Shown: one piece after another, positions 59,623 to 64,000 of the stretch | Layout: every line of letters begins with the position of its first letter | Numbering within the stretch: the stretch's first letter is position 1 | Source of the DNA: an uncultured virus (IMG/VR IMGVR_UViG_3300008625_000009) | Taxonomy: Duplodnaviria; Heunggongvirae; Uroviricota; Caudoviricetes | IMG/VR virus record: IMGVR_UViG_3300008625_000009 | Direction: 5' to 3' (one strand) | Length of the DNA stretch: 64,000 nucleotides | Made by a program: the position numbers and the translations under genes | Notes under the pieces: generated by a model | What the model was told of the DNA's origin: nothing | The model's input: only the letters and a program-made list of their open reading frames with translations | Databases searched by the model: none

Positions 59623-60825
59623 TTATTCTTCATCCTCTCTTGCACGTAGTACATTAGATAAACTTTGGCGTGCTTTTACTTCGCTGCCGTCTGCTAAAGT
59701 AATAGAAGTCTTATCATTAAACGTTTTAGTTCTATATGTATAACGATCTGTGTAGTTAGTAATTTGCATACGAACATTATCTTCAACGAATGCCCATTTT
59801 TTGCCATTAAAAATATACAATCTATTAGGCATATAATCTACACGTAATACGTATTCTCCCTTAACAGGAGTAGCAGGGAAACTTGTTAAAAGTGTCGCCG
59901 GCGCTCCATTTGGTGGCACCCCGTCGCCTGCCAAGTAATGACTAATTTTTTCTTCAGACATTCCATAAAATACGTCAGCACTTTCTTTCTCAGCATCAGA
60001 AGTAAGTGAACCATCATCTGCAGAAACTAATAATATAGATCCGTCGTCTTTCGATGGCGCAATCCAAAAACGTGTTGTGTCGTAACCACTTCTACCGTCT
60101 ACTACATCTTGTACATATGGAGCCATTGCTTCTGCTTGCTTAACTACGGCATCATTAATTTCTAAGTTCTTACTATAATCACTTAAAATACTTTTTAGTG
60201 TATCATCCTCTCCATCGACGCCTGAAGTAATATCGCCAATAATATCTCTGTATTCTTGTGCATCAACAAGTGGTGTACATTTAACTCGCCATAAATGAGG
60301 ATACCAAGTTTGGCTAAACCCTTCTGCGGCTCGGTTTCCATCTTGAACTACGTAGTATCGTTTTAAACTTTCGTATACTTTGTCAACTTCTTCATCTTCT
60401 AAGGCATGATCATCTTGAAGATGCGGAAGTTCAATAACATCGCCACTAATTAACTTTCTGCCTAAAATATCAACCATATCATTAAGATGGAACGTAATGA
60501 ATATAGTATCGTTTTGCAAAAACAAGCCAAATTGAGATAAATCAAAATCTATATCTTGTACGTTATAGAGTCCCTTCATAAAATTAACGTCTTTTTCATA
60601 TTTTCGATCTCTGTTTTCCATAAACAATAGATCTTGTATGTTAGATACGGATTGGTTTTCGTATAATGGTTGATCAGCCTTCTTTGTGTTGCCTTGGTTA
60701 ACTGGACCTAGGTATTTGTGAACATTAACTCCAGTGCCACCAATGATAAATTGCTCACGGATGCGATTATCCATGAACTTAAAATCGTTACCTTTGGTCG
60801 GTTTCCATAGCGATAATCTTGGCAT
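59623..60825 (-). CDS. gp14: Neck protein
   Basis: DLLF.E, FDLSQFGLFL..D, GDVIELP, YYVV motifs; neck cluster with gp13 and gp15. Confidence 0.65.
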   Translation of the reverse strand: MPRLSLWKPTKGNDFKFMDNRIREQFIIGGTGVNVHKYLGPVNQGNTKKADQPLYENQSVSNIQDLLFMENRDRKYEKDVNFMKGLYNVQDIDFDLSQFGLFLQNDTIFITFHLNDMVDILGRKLISGDVIELPHLQDDHALEDEEVDKVYESLKRYYVVQDGNRAAEGFSQTWYPHLWRVKCTPLVDAQEYRDIIGDITSGVDGEDDTLKSILSDYSKNLEINDAVVKQAEAMAPYVQDVVDGRSGYDTTRFWIAPSKDDGSILLVSADDGSLTSDAEKESADVFYGMSEEKISHYLAGDGVPPNGAPATLLTSFPATPVKGEYVLRVDYMPNRLYIFNGKKWAFVEDNVRMQITNYTDRYTYRTKTFNDKTSITLADGSEVKARQSLSNVLRAREDEE

Positions 60826-60869
60826 TATAAAAAACTCTTATTAATTAAACACTTATATAGTGTATTTTA

Positions 60870-60898
60870 TTGACTTTTTTCGGATTTGTCTATATAAT
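60870..60898 (+). promoter_or_regulatory. Sigma70-type promoter
   Basis: TTGACT-N17-TATAAT upstream of 60938. Confidence 0.8.
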
Positions 60899-60937
60899 AC
60901 TATTTAGCACTATATATTCATATTATGGAGTAAAATT

Positions 60938-62170
60938 ATGGCCGCTAAAAAGAAAAAAGCAAAGAAACGAGTATCTAAAAAAGTTGACGGAGCATTTGCA
61001 GAGCCTACGTGGGATGATGTAAGTTTTACGTCTGAAGAAATACTAGATTTGGACGACGAAATAAAAACTGAAATTAACCTGCGTATTACGCAAGGCCTCA
61101 ATTTTTATAATTATCACCACACGTTCAAGGACAGTAAGCAACCGCTTATTGAATGGATGAAATCGCAAAAGGTTGTTGATAAAGTGGCAATTGCGGCAAT
61201 AAAGGATGCGCCAGATTACCAAATTGGTATTACTGCCGGCTCCGTTGCTCGTATGCTACTCAAAGGCGCTCCGCCAATGGATAATCTTCTCGCTGGACTT
61301 AAAAAGAGAATTCGCATAATTGTCGAGTCTATTGAAAATCCACAAGGCTGGGGAGAGGATACCGCAAAGCCAAAAGAGAAACCAAAAGCGGCTCAAGTTA
61401 TCTCTATTCAGGATCGCATGATAGAGAAAATAAACAATTTTGTTGGCGAGTACATTGAAGGTGCTGTTGACGACATGATTGCCAATGGCTTTAAGTCAGA
61501 TTTCAAATTGTCCACTTTGCTACAAACACATAACATATCTGGCAAAGCGGCCGGACTTATTCCTAGGATGTTTGAGAATGAGATTGCGGATCTTACACTA
61601 TTAATTAATGGTGTAGATAAAGAAGATGAGATGGAAGCACAATTATTAGAAGGCTATCCATATAAAAAGTCAGAGTTAAAGAAGTTACTTGCTTTTTACT
61701 CTGCTATTGTTGCAGACGCTGAGCATCATGCTAATCTACAAAAAGCAACTCGCAAGGTGCGTAAGAAGAAAGCACTAAGCAAAGAGAAGTTGATTGGCAA
61801 GATTAAGTATAAAATACAGGACGAAAAACTAAAACTTGTCTCGATAGATCCAAAAGACATAATTGGTGCTAACGAACTTTGGGTTTACAACACAAAGAAT
61901 CGCAAGATTGGCAAGTATGTTGCCTCTAACATTGATCCAAAGGGTATGGCTAGGGATGGCACAGGGTTAAGCATTAAAGGCACTACTATTATAGGTTTTG
62001 ACGAGAAGTTAAGCAGACAAAAAACATTGCGTAAGCCAGAAGACTCGCTAAAAGAGTTTAAGAGTGCGGGCAAGGTTGCTTTACGCAAGTTCTTAGATGA
62101 ATTGACCACCACAGACACGAAACTTAACGGGAGGGTAAACTCTGATACTATATTACTTAAGGTAATCTAA
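60938..62170 (+). CDS. Hypothetical phage protein (basic C-terminus), probably early-expressed
   Basis: 410-aa ORF with GGAG RBS and consensus sigma70 promoter; function not recognised. Confidence 0.6.
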   Translation: MAAKKKKAKKRVSKKVDGAFAEPTWDDVSFTSEEILDLDDEIKTEINLRITQGLNFYNYHHTFKDSKQPLIEWMKSQKVVDKVAIAAIKDAPDYQIGITAGSVARMLLKGAPPMDNLLAGLKKRIRIIVESIENPQGWGEDTAKPKEKPKAAQVISIQDRMIEKINNFVGEYIEGAVDDMIANGFKSDFKLSTLLQTHNISGKAAGLIPRMFENEIADLTLLINGVDKEDEMEAQLLEGYPYKKSELKKLLAFYSAIVADAEHHANLQKATRKVRKKKALSKEKLIGKIKYKIQDEKLKLVSIDPKDIIGANELWVYNTKNRKIGKYVASNIDPKGMARDGTGLSIKGTTIIGFDEKLSRQKTLRKPEDSLKEFKSAGKVALRKFLDELTTTDTKLNGRVNSDTILLKVI

Positions 62171-62181
62171 TAAATATATGT

Positions 62182-62943
62182 ATGGCAACAAAAGAATTAA
62201 CCAAACTTAAAAATGCGTTATTCACAAATGTTAGATTACGTTTAGGTGAGAGAATCATTGATATTGAACTAGACAACGAGCATTTGGAAGTAGCATTAAA
62301 CAATGCTGTTAACAGATATCGTCAAATGAGTGCTAACAGTGTTGAAGAGTCTTATGGCTTTTTAACATTAGAGAAAAATAAACAAGAGTATTTTTTAGAC
62401 GATAATATTTTAGAAGTTAGACAAATATTTAGAAGAACTATTGGTAGCACAAGTGGTGAAGGTGCTTCAAACTTTGAGCCATTCGAAGCAGGTTACATGA
62501 ATATGTATATGCTACAGGCAGGTAGAGTAGGTGGTTTAGCAACATATGAATTATTTGCTGGATATCAAGAAACAGCATCAAGAATGTTTGGTGGATTTAT
62601 TAATTATACATGGGATTCAGTAACTAAAAAACTTACAATCGTTCGTAAAGTTGACGGTGACACTGAAAGCGTATTACTTTGGTTATATAACCAAAAACCA
62701 CTTGAAAATATAATTCAACACCATATGACAAAGAAATGGATAGAAGATTATACACTCGCAATGTGCAAGCAAATACTCGGCGAAGCACGTTCCAAATTTG
62801 CTACAATCGCTGGACCACAAGGTGGTACAACGATGAATGGTAGTGAATTAAAAGCAGAAGGCCAACAAGAGATGGTTGATCTAGCATTACAATTACAAAA
62901 CTTTGAAGATGGTGGCACACCGATGTCATTCGTCATTGGATAA
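62182..62943 (+). CDS. gp13: Neck protein
   Basis: LRLG...IDIELD..H; WIEDYTLA.CK..LG..RSKF..I.GP.GG.T.NG motifs. Confidence 0.8.
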   Translation: MATKELTKLKNALFTNVRLRLGERIIDIELDNEHLEVALNNAVNRYRQMSANSVEESYGFLTLEKNKQEYFLDDNILEVRQIFRRTIGSTSGEGASNFEPFEAGYMNMYMLQAGRVGGLATYELFAGYQETASRMFGGFINYTWDSVTKKLTIVRKVDGDTESVLLWLYNQKPLENIIQHHMTKKWIEDYTLAMCKQILGEARSKFATIAGPQGGTTMNGSELKAEGQQEMVDLALQLQNFEDGGTPMSFVIG

Positions 62944-62970
62944 TATTACACACACACAGGAGAACCACAG

Positions 62971-63048
62971 ATGGGAACCGTGATTTTTATCATGGTAGTA
63001 GTCGCACTCGTAGCGGCAACACTCTACATTCACAATAAAACACAATAA
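62971..63048 (+). CDS. 25-aa single-TM micro-protein
   Basis: MGTVIFIMVVVALVAATLYIHNKTQ; AGGAG RBS 8 nt upstream. Confidence 0.5.
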   Translation: MGTVIFIMVVVALVAATLYIHNKTQ

Positions 63049-63059
63049 CATTTAAACAT

Positions 63060-63704
63060 ATGATTATAGGACTAGTAGGATTCAAAGGCTGTGGTAAAGA
63101 CACTGTCGCAAATTATCTTATCGATAATAGTAGAGAAACATGGATTAGAGGAAGTTTTGCTGACTCATTAAAAGATTCACTTGCCTCTGTATTCCAATGG
63201 GATCGTGCCATGCTAGAAGGCGACACGAAAGAAAGCAGAGAATGGCGCGAAACAGTAGACGAATGGTGGGCAAATAAACTAGACATGCCTGACTTTACTC
63301 CACGACTTGCTCTACAAGTATGCGGCACAGATTTATGGCGTAATAAGTTTCACGACGATATATGGTTGTTAAGTTTAGAAAAGAAACTAACTACTGCTGA
63401 ACACAACGTTATTATTACTGATACACGCTTTCCCAATGAGATTGATCTAATAAAAAGACTAGATGGAAAGATAATACGTGTAAAACGCGGTACAGAGCCC
63501 GAATGGTGGAGTACAGCAGTTGCAGATAATGCAGAGCGTGATGAACCTATGCATGAGTTAATGATGCCATTAGTGTATCCAAAAGTACATGCATCAGAAT
63601 ATTCTTGGGTTGGGTGTGATTTGGATTATACTATTAAAAACAATAGCACTCTGCAATCGCTTGAAGAATCAGTTAAAGCATTGTGTTTAGAAATCAGGAA
63701 TTAA
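63060..63704 (+). CDS. gp1: Deoxynucleoside monophosphate kinase
   Basis: IIGLVGFKGCGKDT P-loop, FADSLK, TPR.ALQ..GT, DTRFPNE, HASE. Confidence 0.9.
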   Translation: MIIGLVGFKGCGKDTVANYLIDNSRETWIRGSFADSLKDSLASVFQWDRAMLEGDTKESREWRETVDEWWANKLDMPDFTPRLALQVCGTDLWRNKFHDDIWLLSLEKKLTTAEHNVIITDTRFPNEIDLIKRLDGKIIRVKRGTEPEWWSTAVADNAERDEPMHELMMPLVYPKVHASEYSWVGCDLDYTIKNNSTLQSLEESVKALCLEIRN

Positions 63705-64000
63705 ATCACCCTGCTTCCATCCCTTACCAGTAGCGTATAATAATCTATGACAGTTAGCGCAAACTGTTTTTAAATTCTTCCAATTATTATTTTTCCTATC
63801 TCCGTCTTGGTGATAAACATCTAGTTGTACTGTGTGGTCTGCTTTAAAGCCACACTTTTCACAGTAGTTTTTTTTATTATATCCACTAGACTTCCAATTT
63901 GTCTTGGGTGTGGTTCGAAGTTTTTTTGCTTTTCGAGCGCACTTATCACACCTTGATCTGTAATGCGGGTTGCCTTTTTTATAATAATTTATTGCTACTG
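63687..64000 (-). CDS. HNH endonuclease-like zinc-finger protein (5' end outside the window)
   Basis: Manual translation: ..RCDKC..CEKCGF..QLDVYHQDGDRKNN..NLKTVCANCH..GDLIPDF*. Confidence 0.75.
   Translation of the reverse strand, partial: VAINYYKKGNPHYRSRCDKCARKAKKLRTTPKTNWKSSGYNKKNYCEKCGFKADHTVQLDVYHQDGDRKNNNWKNLKTVCANCHRLLYATGKGWKQGDLIPDF

Noticed and set aside
2478..63328. Many antisense or alternate-frame ORFs inside large genes (e.g. 5049..5771, 23059..23619, 54480..55265)
   Set aside because: Shadow ORFs caused by codon bias in T/G/A/S-rich genes; no RBS or recognisable motifs.
1..64000. Stop-codon reassignment
   Set aside because: Core genes are full length in the standard code, and TAG and TGA both end genes normally (e.g. 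28631, 27569).

Overview
This window is the virion-morphogenesis region of a large, AT-rich T4-like myophage; the host cannot be identified from the sequence. The minus strand from 45 to 26687 carries a fibre gene, a 4936-aa giant baseplate/adhesin protein, gp6, gp25, gp5, a hub protein, gp53 and a tube-initiator-like gene. The plus strand then carries the late sigma factor gp55, gp47/gp46, an Hc1-like protein and a resolvase. An accessory island at 31140-33380 holds a ~430-nt structured non-coding element, an ATE1/Bpt-like transferase, a DUF1415-like gene with an inverted deleted paralogue, and two micro membrane proteins. Next come gp26 with a probable -1 frameshift extension, a tape-measure-like gene, the head operon (gp20, gp21, gp22, gp23), modular fibre genes interleaved with hydroxylase, methyltransferase-like and glycosyltransferase-like genes, then NUDIX, gp15, gp14, gp13, dNMP kinase and a partial HNH gene. 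The main leads are the structured non-coding element (ncRNA or RNA-primed origin), a lambda G/GT-style frameshift at gp26, a 16-bp operator exactly 10 bp upstream of three late promoters (one copy overlapping the gp55 promoter), and palindrome-rich fibre gene leaders. All protein calls come from motif recognition by eye; no searches were run.
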